Origin: a virus
Taxonomy: Duplodnaviria > Caudoviricetes
DNA: 62,084 bases
IMG/VR virus record: IMGVR_UViG_3300042504_002530
Span: 1-62,084 of that record
Strand: one strand, 5' to 3'
Program-made: the position numbers and the translations under genes
Shown here: positions 8,757-17,829 of the stretch, one piece after another
Layout of the letters: every line of letters starts with the position of its first letter
How positions within the stretch are numbered: position 1 is the stretch's first letter
The notes under the pieces: generated by a model
What the model saw: the letters and a program-made list of their open reading frames with translations, nothing else
What the model was told of the DNA's origin: nothing
The model's database searches: none

Positions 8757-10106
8757 ATGCAACACCCTGAGAATTGGTACATTCCCGTAACCCAAGAGAA
8801 CCGCGCCGAACTTGAGCCGTGGTGGCTAATACAGGCCGTAAAAAGCGGATGGACAGGCAAAAAAGGCCACCTAAACATAGACACCCTGCTGCTTTCAGTA
8901 CACCCTTCCGATAGCAGTTATTATTGGAGTGGAAGCGAGAGCGGTTTCGAAGCAGACCACCCGTCCTATCAAAAAATCACCTTAGAACAATTCCGACAAA
9001 TCACCAACCCTAAACCCCAAAAATCGATGAAAAAAGTATCATGGAAAGAAGTCGTGGCCAAGACCACCGAGTCCTCGAGCGAGGCCATCGCCCAAGTCGC
9101 ATCCAAGGCAATCGCCCAAGCCCTTGCGGAAATTGCGCCACCTACGGGGGGCGAGTTCGACCCCGAGGAAGTGCGCTCGTTGGTCCGCGAGGAAATTGAA
9201 GGCCAAATCGGGGTCATCGTCCACCGCCCCGAGTTGAAGGACGCACTCATGGAGGTCGGGCGCAAGGTATCCGACGACCTTGAGCAGGTGTACATGGCCC
9301 GCTTCGATTCGCTCACTCAGGAGGCGGAGCGCAAGGCTTCACACCGAGTTGAGGTTTACCGAGAAGGGGTGTCCGAACACCCCTCCCACGTCGAGGAAAT
9401 CGCCCACCACAACCTGCACCACTTGATAAAGATGGTGGCGCTCAAGTTGAATGTGGCGCTTATCGGCGAGGCGGGGTCGGGCAAGACGTTCGGTGCGGAG
9501 CAGGCCGCGAACGCTTTGGGACTGCGCTTTTTGCCCATGAGTTTCCACGCCAAAATGACCGCGACGGATATCAAAGGGTACTGCGACGCGAACGGCAATT
9601 ATGTGCCGAGTATCCTGTACGATGCGTTCAAGAACGGCGGGGTGCTATGCTTGGACGAGTTCGACCGCTCGAACACGGAGGTCACGGTGTCGCTCAACAA
9701 CATGTTGGCCGGCAGTGCGTACATGTTCCCGAACAACGAGATAGTGCGCAAGCACGATGATTTTCGGGTCATCGCTTGTCAAAACACGACGGGTTCGGGT
9801 GGTAGCAAGACCTACGCCGCCGCTTCGCGGCAAGATTCATCCACGCTCAATCGATTTGTAAAAATCGAGTGGAACATTGACGAAACGATGGAGCGCAAGG
9901 TGGCAGGCGACACCCACGCCACCGAGAAGGTGCAGGCCATACGTCGCAAGGCCCGCGAGTTGGGTGTGGATATCGTCATCAGCCCACGCCAAAGCATCCA
10001 TGTGAATACCCTCATGGATGCGGGGTACAGCTTGGGCGAGGCGCTCAACTACGCCATCTACAACTGCCTTGCCGACGATGTGAAGGAACGATTGAGCCGA
10101 GTTTAA
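8757..10106 (+). CDS. MoxR/CbbQ/CobS-like AAA+ ATPase with N-terminal 'WYIPVT' module (possible internal start at 9027)
   Basis: Walker A GEAGSGKT, Walker B LCLDEFD, DSSTLNRF arginine finger, ISPR sensor. Confidence 0.9.
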   Translation: MQHPENWYIPVTQENRAELEPWWLIQAVKSGWTGKKGHLNIDTLLLSVHPSDSSYYWSGSESGFEADHPSYQKITLEQFRQITNPKPQKSMKKVSWKEVVAKTTESSSEAIAQVASKAIAQALAEIAPPTGGEFDPEEVRSLVREEIEGQIGVIVHRPELKDALMEVGRKVSDDLEQVYMARFDSLTQEAERKASHRVEVYREGVSEHPSHVEEIAHHNLHHLIKMVALKLNVALIGEAGSGKTFGAEQAANALGLRFLPMSFHAKMTATDIKGYCDANGNYVPSILYDAFKNGGVLCLDEFDRSNTEVTVSLNNMLAGSAYMFPNNEIVRKHDDFRVIACQNTTGSGGSKTYAAASRQDSSTLNRFVKIEWNIDETMERKVAGDTHATEKVQAIRRKARELGVDIVISPRQSIHVNTLMDAGYSLGEALNYAIYNCLADDVKERLSRV

Positions 10107-10153
10107 GGGGGTGTTCGAACACCCCTATTTTTCCACCACTAAACCCAACCAAA

Positions 10154-11050
10154 GTGAGATACGAACACGACAAAAAGAAAGATTTAGTCAAGATTGCGAC
10201 GACCTTCCATGAGTACGTCCAACTTGCGAACGAGTACAAGAGCGGCGACGTGGGGTATGGTTCGTGCGAAAGGCTTAGCAAACCCAATGAGTTTCGCGGC
10301 GACGCATTGACCTTCGAGCAGATGTACGACCGTTGCTACGACGGCTACAACGCCAAGGCCATCGGCGAGCAACGCAAGAAAATCGCCGAGTTGTTTCAGT
10401 GCGAGCGTCCCATGGATGAGTTGCGAGTGAGTGGCGAGGCGCTCGACGTTCCGACGTTCTTGAGCGGAGAGCCGAAATGCTTTTGGGAATCGACCACCGA
10501 GGAGCGCAAGGCGAGGGTGCACATCGCTTATGCAAGCAACTGCACTGCGGGTCACGGGGCGCAAGCGTTCCTCAATCACGGCGGGGCCATCGCTGCTTTG
10601 TGCGACGTCATCGCCGACCAAGCCGACACGAAAATCTCCTGCTATGTGAGCAACACTCGCGTCTATGCAGGCAAAGGCTTGAGCGCCATCACCATCAAGG
10701 ACTACGACGAGAGCGTGGACATCCCCCGCATCGGGGCGACCACCCACCCTTCGTTCTTCCGACGCATCGGGTTTGCATGGTTCGAGGGCTTCGGTGCATC
10801 CATCGGCAAGCCCGAGTGGTCGGGGTATGGGTGCTCAGAGACGGGCAAGGACAGACCTGCGGTCATCAGCGACGAGGAGTTCGCCGAGTGGCTACGGGTC
10901 GAGAAGGATGAGATAGTCATCGACCTGCCCGCCGCCGACTTGTCCTGCTTTAGGAGCGAGAGTTCGACCGCCGCATGGTTAGCCAACGCCATTGACAAAA
11001 TCAAGGAAGCCATTGCGACCAAGAACAACTACATTCAACTTTTCAACTAA
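10154..11050 (+). CDS. vWA-like partner of the AAA ATPase
   Basis: G.ALDVPTFLSGEPKCF and HPSFFRR motifs; directly downstream of the MoxR-type ATPase. Confidence 0.6.
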   Translation: MRYEHDKKKDLVKIATTFHEYVQLANEYKSGDVGYGSCERLSKPNEFRGDALTFEQMYDRCYDGYNAKAIGEQRKKIAELFQCERPMDELRVSGEALDVPTFLSGEPKCFWESTTEERKARVHIAYASNCTAGHGAQAFLNHGGAIAALCDVIADQADTKISCYVSNTRVYAGKGLSAITIKDYDESVDIPRIGATTHPSFFRRIGFAWFEGFGASIGKPEWSGYGCSETGKDRPAVISDEEFAEWLRVEKDEIVIDLPAADLSCFRSESSTAAWLANAIDKIKEAIATKNNYIQLFN

Positions 11051-11086
11051 ACCCACGGATGGGGGCTAAACCAAACACCACTTACT

Positions 11087-11413
11087 ATGAGTACCAAAAC
11101 CACAATCAGCGAAGCGCTTGGCCTTTCACAGGTATGGGCAGACAAGAACCAACAGGTAGTCGAGAAGGCGTGGAGTGAGCACGACACCGTGAGCGACACG
11201 ATTCTCGATGTGCTCGAGCAGATGCGTGACGCCGAGTTCGGCGAAACGGGCGAGAAGCCAACGACTTACGAGATTAAGTTGATGATGGCGGGCATGCACA
11301 TCGGCGCGAAGAAGGGCGAGTTGGCTATGAAGAAGATGCTCTTTGAGAAAGCATTGGAGACCATGAGCGGAGACCTGCTCAAGAAATTCCGAGGCGAGGA
11401 GAGCGAAGATTAA
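11087..11413 (+). CDS. Hypothetical protein
   Basis: 108-aa ORF followed by palindrome and T-tract. Confidence 0.8.
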   Translation: MSTKTTISEALGLSQVWADKNQQVVEKAWSEHDTVSDTILDVLEQMRDAEFGETGEKPTTYEIKLMMAGMHIGAKKGELAMKKMLFEKALETMSGDLLKKFRGEESED

Positions 11414-11450
11414 GAGTGCCGAGGGGGGTGTTCGAACACCCCCCTTTTAT

Positions 11451-11532
11451 AGTCGGGTCATTCGGTGGATGCGTTGTGCCTTTTTTAGGGTTAGGTGGTG
11501 CGCATTTGCGGGTTCGACTCCCGCCCCGACTA
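11451..11532 (+). ncRNA. tRNA-like element 2 (no D stem or anticodon loop)
   Basis: AGTCGGG/CCCGACT acceptor stem, GCGGG-TTCGACT-CCCGC T arm, central GATGCG/CGCATT hairpin. Confidence 0.8.
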
Positions 11533-11590
11533 CGATGCCTACGGCGAGGCTTTGTATCGTCTTCGATTTCCTCAACCCAATTAAACACCT

Positions 11591-11797
11591 ATGAACTACG
11601 CCACTTTTTGTATCGCCGCGTACATATTACGCAAAGACCCCGAAAGGTTTGACAGACTTGACGGCGTGTGGACTGTCGCAAGGCAGTACTACAACTCGTA
11701 CTTGCACTCCAAATACAACGACATTTCAAGGAGCGAACTCGACTGCATCAATGACTTTATGAATCTAATCTACACCACTAAAACAATCAACCCATGA
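11591..11797 (+). CDS. Hypothetical protein
   Basis: ORF with A-rich start, overlaps the next gene (ATGA). Confidence 0.7.
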   Translation: MNYATFCIAAYILRKDPERFDRLDGVWTVARQYYNSYLHSKYNDISRSELDCINDFMNLIYTTKTINP

Positions 11798-12147
11798 AAG
11801 CAATCCTAATCGACCCGCACACCCGCTCAGTCTCCGAAGTAGAAGTGAGCGAAAAGAATTTCCTCAAAGACCTGTATGCCCACATCGAGTGCGGTCTTGT
11901 TGAGCGAACCATTGCCGACGACCGCAAGCATGAGATATGGCTTGACGAGGAAGGTTTGTTCAGCGAGTCCGTTCAGTTGTTCAGTCTCGAAGGCTATCCC
12001 CAAGATGCCTATGCTGGCAAGGGCGTCATGCTTGGATGCAACCGAACGCTTACCGGCTCAAAGGACTGCGCCCTTACACTCGATGAGGTCAAGGCCAAGG
12101 TCAAGTTCATGTCTCCGTATGAGTATCTCAAGAGCCGTCAACAATAA
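11794..12147 (+). CDS. DUF3846-like protein
   Basis: AILIDP...IWLDEEGL...YAGKGVMLG pattern. Confidence 0.6.
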   Translation: MKAILIDPHTRSVSEVEVSEKNFLKDLYAHIECGLVERTIADDRKHEIWLDEEGLFSESVQLFSLEGYPQDAYAGKGVMLGCNRTLTGSKDCALTLDEVKAKVKFMSPYEYLKSRQQ

Positions 12148-12206
12148 TCCAACGGGGGGTGTCCGAACACCCCCCCTTTTCTTTTCATCAACTAAACCCA
12201 AATCAA

Positions 12207-13178
12207 ATGACACACCCCGAAAAATGGTACATCCCCGTAACCGAAGAGAACCACGCAGAACTTAATCAATGGAGGCTAAGTAAAAGAACACGGGAAGCGT
12301 CAAGGCATGACAATAAGTTCGTGCCCGGCGCAACCCTTCTGTCTGCACATCCATGCGATGATGGTAGTTATTTCTATATGAAAGGTTATAGTATAACACA
12401 AATAGACAATGGCTACCAAGAAATCACTCTCGAGCAATTCCGTCAAATCACAAACACCATGAAGCACCCAAAGAAATGGTATATCCCCGTAACCAACGAG
12501 AACCACGACGAACTTAATCAATGGAGGCTAAGGGTCGCCACCTCTTATCGTGACATGAAACTCAACCCTTATGATAGCGTTGTATTATCAGCTCATCACC
12601 GTGACGGAAGCTATTATTATGCCGACGGTGTCAAAGGCTTAAAGGCAAACAACGCATACAACGACTACCAAGAAATCACCCTCGAACAATTCCGCGAAAT
12701 CACAAACCCAACCCAAACAACCATGTCAAAACAAATCCAAATCTCCCGTGAGTTACTCAACGAGTACTACGAAGCAAGCACCACCGAACAGAAGGCATAC
12801 CTATCGGAACACTTCAAGTTGGATGGGAGCACAACTGTTGAAGCCATCCGTGGACTGCACGACTTAGCGTGTCGAGGTTGGAGGCCAAAAATCAAGGCGA
12901 ACCACCCCGACTGCTTCCCCGAGGATAGCAAGTACTTTGACTTCTCCGAGCATGTCAACAAATCCGTGCAGGAAAAAAGAGTTGTTTCAGCGGATGTTTG
13001 TGAATCCTTGGGACTTACTGAAAGCACAAGAGGCTTCATTCAAGTTAGGAATAATAGCGGCAACCCACAGACGCATCATCGCTCGTTCTACCTTTCTTCC
13101 AAATACAACTGGGAACTAGTGCAAGACGGGACAGAAGACGGTCGCCCCATTATGGTACTAATCCCAACCAAGAAATAA
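12207..13178 (+). CDS. Protein with two tandem 'WYIPVT' modules plus a C-terminal domain
   Basis: HPxxWYIPVTxENHxELNQW...YQEITLEQFRxITN twice; in-frame ATGs at 12459 and 12723. Confidence 0.85.
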   Translation: MTHPEKWYIPVTEENHAELNQWRLSKRTREASRHDNKFVPGATLLSAHPCDDGSYFYMKGYSITQIDNGYQEITLEQFRQITNTMKHPKKWYIPVTNENHDELNQWRLRVATSYRDMKLNPYDSVVLSAHHRDGSYYYADGVKGLKANNAYNDYQEITLEQFREITNPTQTTMSKQIQISRELLNEYYEASTTEQKAYLSEHFKLDGSTTVEAIRGLHDLACRGWRPKIKANHPDCFPEDSKYFDFSEHVNKSVQEKRVVSADVCESLGLTESTRGFIQVRNNSGNPQTHHRSFYLSSKYNWELVQDGTEDGRPIMVLIPTKK

Positions 13179-13189
13179 TTCAATCAACG

Positions 13190-13636
13190 GGGGGTGTCCG
13201 AACACCCCCCTCTTTTCTTTTCACTTAAATCAAATCAGCCATGAGAAAATTATTATTATTATTCTTCCTCTTGACATCGTGCGTTGCCGAAGACCAACCC
13301 GTTCCATACGAGTACCGCGTTAGCGGAACATCGGGTTCGTATTCCGTCACGCTTCAAAACGCATACGACAACACGCAACAATGGAGCGAGGTCGGCAATG
13401 GGTGGTGGTACAAGTGGACACAAACAGGAGGTACGAGGTGGCTCTATGTTTCCGCGCAGAACAATCGCTCGTCGGGTAATGTTACCGTGCAAATTGTCCG
13501 AGCGGGCGTTGTTGTTGCATCAAACACATCCTATGGCGGATATAGCATCGCCACAATTTCGGGTAGATATTAACCAATGGAGGGGGTGTCCGAACACCCC
13601 CCTCTTTTCTTTTCACTTAAATCAAATCAGCCATGA
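13190..13636 (+). repeat. Identical 55-bp direct repeats (13190-13244, 13582-13636) flanking one gene
   Basis: GGGGGTGTCCGAACACCCCCCTCTTTTCTTTTCACTTAAATCAAATCAGCCATGA twice. Confidence 0.95.
13241..13573 (+). CDS. Lipoprotein (MmpS-like beta-sandwich); candidate superinfection exclusion
   Basis: MRKLLLLFFLLTS-C lipobox; YEYRVSG..YSVT..SAQN...VTVQI pattern. Confidence 0.65.
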   Translation: MRKLLLLFFLLTSCVAEDQPVPYEYRVSGTSGSYSVTLQNAYDNTQQWSEVGNGWWYKWTQTGGTRWLYVSAQNNRSSGNVTVQIVRAGVVVASNTSYGGYSIATISGRY

Positions 13637-14079
13637 AAACAGCCTATGTAAAATCCCGCCAAATCTCCTGTGTGTCCGAGCCGTCTCCGTTTGAGAAGGT
13701 AAAGATAAACGGGTCAAGCGATGCCCAAAAATTCGCACGGCAATTCTATCATGAGGACATTGAACTCTACGAGTCTATGTTTATTATGATGTTGAATCGC
13801 AACAACATGGTCACTTCATACGCCAAAATATCCCAAGGCGGGACGTCGGGAACGGTGGCAGACCCAAAGATTATTGCGAAGTACGCGGTGGATGACCTGT
13901 GTTCCGGCGTAATCCTTGTACACAACCACCCGTCGGGTAACAGAACTCCGTCAGACGCCGACATACGCTTGACGACAAAAATAAAACAAGGATTGGGAAT
14001 GTTTGAAATCAAACTACTTGACCACATCATCTTGACCGCAGACGGATACGCATCCCTAGCAGACGAAGGAACAATCTAA
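13633..14079 (+). CDS. radC: RadC-like JAB domain protein
   Basis: E..(ESMF) and HNHPSGNxxPSxAD JAMM motif, LLDHII. Confidence 0.92.
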   Translation: MKTAYVKSRQISCVSEPSPFEKVKINGSSDAQKFARQFYHEDIELYESMFIMMLNRNNMVTSYAKISQGGTSGTVADPKIIAKYAVDDLCSGVILVHNHPSGNRTPSDADIRLTTKIKQGLGMFEIKLLDHIILTADGYASLADEGTI

Positions 14080-14090
14080 CTCCATAACAA

Positions 14091-14618
14091 ATGAAATACA
14101 AAATCTATCATCGCATCGACAATAGTTATGACATCATCACGGAGGACGGAGGCGTAGCCGTCTTCTATCACAACCAAGAGAACTATGTGACGCATTACTA
14201 TCAGAGAAGCCTCAGCGAGTGCAACCCTGCGAACTATGTGTGGGACGAACTATCCGAGGGCAAAATCTACATCAACGATTGGGAAGGTAGCGACGAACCT
14301 CCGAAGGAAGAAGTAATCAAAGACGCGCTCGAGTGGCTTGTGTTTCCTGCCCCCGCAGAAGGATGGGAACTTGACCAAAGTATTTGGAGCGAGTTCTTTC
14401 CGATGACAATAGTGGGCAGGCACGTTGAGGGCATATCTCTGAACGGACTTGAGTATCTGTTAAACGAGGACGGGAGTGTTATGCAATTCGCATCCGAGTA
14501 TCACGCCAAGAAATTTCTCCGTTCAAAGATTCACGAAGATGTCACCGACGAACTGCTAAACGAGGTTTTCACATTTGAAACAACGGGTGTTCAAACACCC
14601 CCTAAACCAAATGACTAA
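14091..14618 (+). CDS. Hypothetical acidic protein
   Basis: 175-aa ORF; EGISLNGLEYLLNEDG motif; palindrome copy near the 3' end. Confidence 0.8.
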   Translation: MKYKIYHRIDNSYDIITEDGGVAVFYHNQENYVTHYYQRSLSECNPANYVWDELSEGKIYINDWEGSDEPPKEEVIKDALEWLVFPAPAEGWELDQSIWSEFFPMTIVGRHVEGISLNGLEYLLNEDGSVMQFASEYHAKKFLRSKIHEDVTDELLNEVFTFETTGVQTPPKPND

Positions 14619-14833
14619 TGGGACGACAAAAAGGAAAACAAACCACGGCGGAGAGTTGGATAATTGCCAACGGAAAAGCGGGCGACCATTTCTATTCGGA
14701 TAAGAAGGACGGAAGCCTGACGGCAATAGCCGCGTATCACAAGCGCAAAATCACGACCGAAAGGTTAATCACAATCACAACGGGAGGTAAAGAACCTAAA
14801 GCCAAGTACATAACAAAAGCCACTTTACTATGA
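14618..14833 (+). CDS. Hypothetical protein
   Basis: Coupled start/stop overlaps. Confidence 0.7.
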   Translation: MGRQKGKQTTAESWIIANGKAGDHFYSDKKDGSLTAIAAYHKRKITTERLITITTGGKEPKAKYITKATLL

Positions 14834-15078
14834 CGGAATACATCATAACAAATCATTTATTCTTTGAGGACGGGACGTCCGACAGAAACACCGAGACGTT
14901 CAACAAATACAAGGACGCTATGGGTTATGCAAACTGCATGACCGAAACGAGCGAACTGCCCCCGAGCGGCGTTGACTTCACGGTATTGGAAACTGTGGAG
15001 TACGCTTTCGTAAGTGGGCACGGAGAGCTTCCCGACGAATGGAATGAAACAAGAAGAACCTTAACCTACTTTATTTAA
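14830..15078 (+). CDS. Hypothetical protein
   Basis: Coupled ORF. Confidence 0.7.
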   Translation: MTEYIITNHLFFEDGTSDRNTETFNKYKDAMGYANCMTETSELPPSGVDFTVLETVEYAFVSGHGELPDEWNETRRTLTYFI

Positions 15079-15080
15079 CC

Positions 15081-15239
15081 ATGGAAAAGATAAGCCTCAC
15101 AATCCAATCAGCCTTCCCTTCGGGGATGCTCACGATTTCAGCCGTCGTCAAGGGACACCTTGTGCGCAAGCGTTACATGGGTTACTCAAAGACCCAAGCT
15201 AAAAGGCTATTCATTCAAACCATAAACTCCAAGCCATGA
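15081..15239 (+). CDS. Small hypothetical protein (52 aa)
   Basis: Manual translation MEKISLTIQSAFPSGMLTISAVVKGHLVRKRYMGYSK...; ATGA overlap with the next gene. Confidence 0.6.
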   Translation: MEKISLTIQSAFPSGMLTISAVVKGHLVRKRYMGYSKTQAKRLFIQTINSKP

Positions 15240-15559
15240 ACAACGAACTCACACCCCACATTGAATACTACCCCAACGGGAATGTAAAGGTTAAAGGACA
15301 AAAGAACTCCAAAGGGCAAGAAGAAGGTATTGAGGAGTTGTTCTATGGAAACGGCAACATCCGTGTGAGAACCCCTTACAAAGGAGGTAAGGAGGATGGA
15401 ATTGAGGAGTGGTTCTATGATAACGGAAACATCGAATGTAGAATCCCATACAAAGGTGGTGAGAGGGATGGAATTGAGGAGTGGTTTCATCCAAACGGAA
15501 ACATCATAAAAACTTATGTATGGAAAGACGGAGAACTAATTGAAGAAACTGAACACTAA
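15236..15559 (+). CDS. MORN-variant repeat protein (YwqK-like)
   Basis: 24-aa repeats GIEEWFYxNGNIxxRxPYKGGxxD. Confidence 0.85.
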   Translation: MNNELTPHIEYYPNGNVKVKGQKNSKGQEEGIEELFYGNGNIRVRTPYKGGKEDGIEEWFYDNGNIECRIPYKGGERDGIEEWFHPNGNIIKTYVWKDGELIEETEH

Positions 15560-15570
15560 GCCCAAACAAA

Positions 15571-15855
15571 ATGACCAAAGAATTTATCCTACCCACCGAC
15601 TTCACGAAACTCAACCCGAGAAAGAAGAAGCAAGTACGCGAGCAGTATGCGAGAATGCAGAAGGGCTTGTGTATGTATTGCAACGAGCCATTGGACGGAC
15701 AACCGCCCGAGAGAATCACAAGTCTGCCGGTCAACTTCCCCGCTCACTTCTTCAAGTATCCCGTGCACCTTCAGCACAATCATGACACCAACATGACCGA
15801 GGGCGCAGTGCATTGTTATTGCAACGCAGTCATGTGGCAATACGAAGGACGATGA
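15571..15855 (+). CDS. Endonuclease VII/HNH-like zinc-finger protein
   Basis: QxGLCMYC...HLQHNH...GAVHCYCN. Confidence 0.7.
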   Translation: MTKEFILPTDFTKLNPRKKKQVREQYARMQKGLCMYCNEPLDGQPPERITSLPVNFPAHFFKYPVHLQHNHDTNMTEGAVHCYCNAVMWQYEGR

Positions 15856-15925
15856 GAGGGGTGTTCGAACACCCCAAGAATAAATTTTGTTTTTTCAAAT
15901 TAACTTACTATATTTATACAACAAC

Positions 15926-16081
15926 ATGACACGAATCCCAAACTTTAGACTATGGCAGTTATACATACGCAAGGCGTGTGTGTATGCCGAAATGCCCAAA
16001 GTGTCGGACATCAAGTCGCCGATGCGAATCAACTGGGTCCACCTTGGAAATGTAATCGAAGCAAAAAAACAACTATCATGA
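15926..16081 (+). CDS. Small hypothetical protein
   Basis: ORF coupled to the next gene. Confidence 0.5.
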   Translation: MTRIPNFRLWQLYIRKACVYAEMPKVSDIKSPMRINWVHLGNVIEAKKQLS

Positions 16082-16335
16082 AAAGAATACTCAAATTCCT
16101 ATCAACGGCAAAGGACAGGTATCATCGCGCTATCGTCCAACGCTTCCAACGCCTAAGCGATAAGCCCTACGAAATCACGGAGCAAGATGTGTTGTCAACG
16201 CGAAGGGTTGCCATGTACTGCTACCTCGACCACTATAACGTAGTGGTTGACAACGATGGTCACTTCCACCTAAACGGAAGAGTATTCACTGATGAGTCTC
16301 ACCTTTTAACCCACATAAAAAACGATGCCAAATAG
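16078..16335 (+). CDS. Hypothetical protein
   Basis: Start re-called at MKRILK. Confidence 0.65.
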   Translation: MKRILKFLSTAKDRYHRAIVQRFQRLSDKPYEITEQDVLSTRRVAMYCYLDHYNVVVDNDGHFHLNGRVFTDESHLLTHIKNDAK

Positions 16336-16597
16336 CGCCCAAATCAAAAAGACGTGCGATGAAATCTGCACGCTTTTGCAAAAGAAGAACGCCGCCTACG
16401 GAGATTCAGCGGCAAATCCAATCCGTGTATTTTCAAAGGCTCAACCAATAGAGGGCATTCTTGTGCGCATTGACGACAAGTTATCCCGCATACAAAACGC
16501 GGGTCTTACCGACTTATCTATGGCCGAGGACACCCTGCTTGACTTAATTGGCTACTTAATCTTATTAAAAATAGAAAATGACAGAGGAAAAGATTAA
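16325..16597 (+). CDS. Nucleotide modification-associated domain 1 (DUF1599/Nmad1-like)
   Basis: KKNAAYGDS...VRIDDKLSRI...EDTLLDLIGYLIL. Confidence 0.8.
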   Translation: MPNSAQIKKTCDEICTLLQKKNAAYGDSAANPIRVFSKAQPIEGILVRIDDKLSRIQNAGLTDLSMAEDTLLDLIGYLILLKIENDRGKD

Positions 16598-16904
16598 CCT
16601 AATCGTAAACCAAGTTACCCATGCACTCAACCTACAAAAGAAAGAAATCTTTGCGTCCAATAAACGCAGACCTTTTGTTGACGCGAGGCATCTAATTTAT
16701 TTTTGTTGTTATCACTTTGGCGTCCGCAATACATACATTCGTGAGTATTTTTGGAAAAGAGACTATCGTGTTCCTCATGTCAGCATTATCCATGGCGTTA
16801 ACAGGATGCGCATACAACGAAGAACCGACCAAGAACTAAGAGAGCTTCAAGATAAAATAATTGACAAATGTACTCAACAGATGAATTATGGGAGCAAGCA
16901 CTAA
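16578..16904 (+). CDS. DnaA domain IV-like HTH protein 1
   Basis: IF...RR.FVDARHLIYF...HVSIIHGV pattern. Confidence 0.6.
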   Translation: MTEEKINLIVNQVTHALNLQKKEIFASNKRRPFVDARHLIYFCCYHFGVRNTYIREYFWKRDYRVPHVSIIHGVNRMRIQRRTDQELRELQDKIIDKCTQQMNYGSKH

Positions 16905-17266
16905 AGTACCACGGGTCTTTAGTGTATAAGACGGAGATAGAAGAGCAAGTGGACGCGCATGGGGTAATTATGAGAAAGACGGGATACGGATACGAGTTCC
17001 GTACTTATCATAGCGGAGGAGAATACTTCGACAAAATTTCCGAAGAGCATATTCACACGATGTGCCGGCTCGGATTTGATGAAGGGGTAAGGTACGTCGC
17101 TTGCAAATTGCTCGAGCAAAAACTAGAACGCTACTCAAGAAGACCTAAAGCAGGCAAAGAATTAGTCCAATCAATAAAAAATAAAATATGGCAACTTCAA
17201 AACAACAACAACCAGCAGGGGTGTCCGAACACCCCATCAGTATCTACGCCAAACTCAATGCCGTAG
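16868..17266 (+). CDS. Hypothetical protein
   Basis: 132-aa ORF in the replication operon. Confidence 0.7.
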   Translation: MYSTDELWEQALKYHGSLVYKTEIEEQVDAHGVIMRKTGYGYEFRTYHSGGEYFDKISEEHIHTMCRLGFDEGVRYVACKLLEQKLERYSRRPKAGKELVQSIKNKIWQLQNNNNQQGCPNTPSVSTPNSMP

Positions 17267-17829
17267 ACCTCTCCAAGAAGATTGAGAAGAAAGCGAACCA
17301 AGACTATCTTTCTTGGGCAAACGCTTGGAACCTTCTCAAGCATCAGTACCCCACCGCTCAGCGCATCATCTACGAATCCCCACACACGGGCTTGAATTAC
17401 TTCACGGATGGGCGCACGGGCTATGTCAAGGTGGGAATTGTAATCGAAGGTCTAGAGCATATTGATATGCTCCCTATCATGGACTTCCGAAACAACTCAA
17501 TCCCCGTTGAGAAAATCACTTCGCAGGATGTGAACAAGAGCATTCAGCGTAGCACGGCGAAGGCAATCGCTATGCACGGCCTAGGCATCCAACTATGGAT
17601 GGGGGAGGAATCCGCTCCGCTCCAAACTCCTGCGGCAAAGACCGGCACTCCTGCTAAAAAGTTCGGCCTCGATGAAGGCGACGGCAACTGGGAGAAAGTG
17701 AAATCCTATGTGTCCATGAACCGCATGTCTATGACGTTCGAAGCCATTATGTCCAACCTTAAAAACAAATACAATGTCAAACCTGAAATTGAGGCAATCC
17801 TCAGCGAAATCTACACAAGCGTTGATTGA
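17188..17829 (+). CDS. sak: Sak/Rad52-like single-strand annealing protein (DUF1071)
   Basis: YLSWANAW, LPIMDFRN, INKSIQR..AKAIAMHGLG-type motifs. Confidence 0.9.
   Translation: MATSKQQQPAGVSEHPISIYAKLNAVDLSKKIEKKANQDYLSWANAWNLLKHQYPTAQRIIYESPHTGLNYFTDGRTGYVKVGIVIEGLEHIDMLPIMDFRNNSIPVEKITSQDVNKSIQRSTAKAIAMHGLGIQLWMGEESAPLQTPAAKTGTPAKKFGLDEGDGNWEKVKSYVSMNRMSMTFEAIMSNLKNKYNVKPEIEAILSEIYTSVD

Noticed and set aside
8757-12722. Triplicated module as a diversity-generating retroelement TR/VR
   Set aside because: No reverse transcriptase in the window; differences include indels and are not adenine-specific
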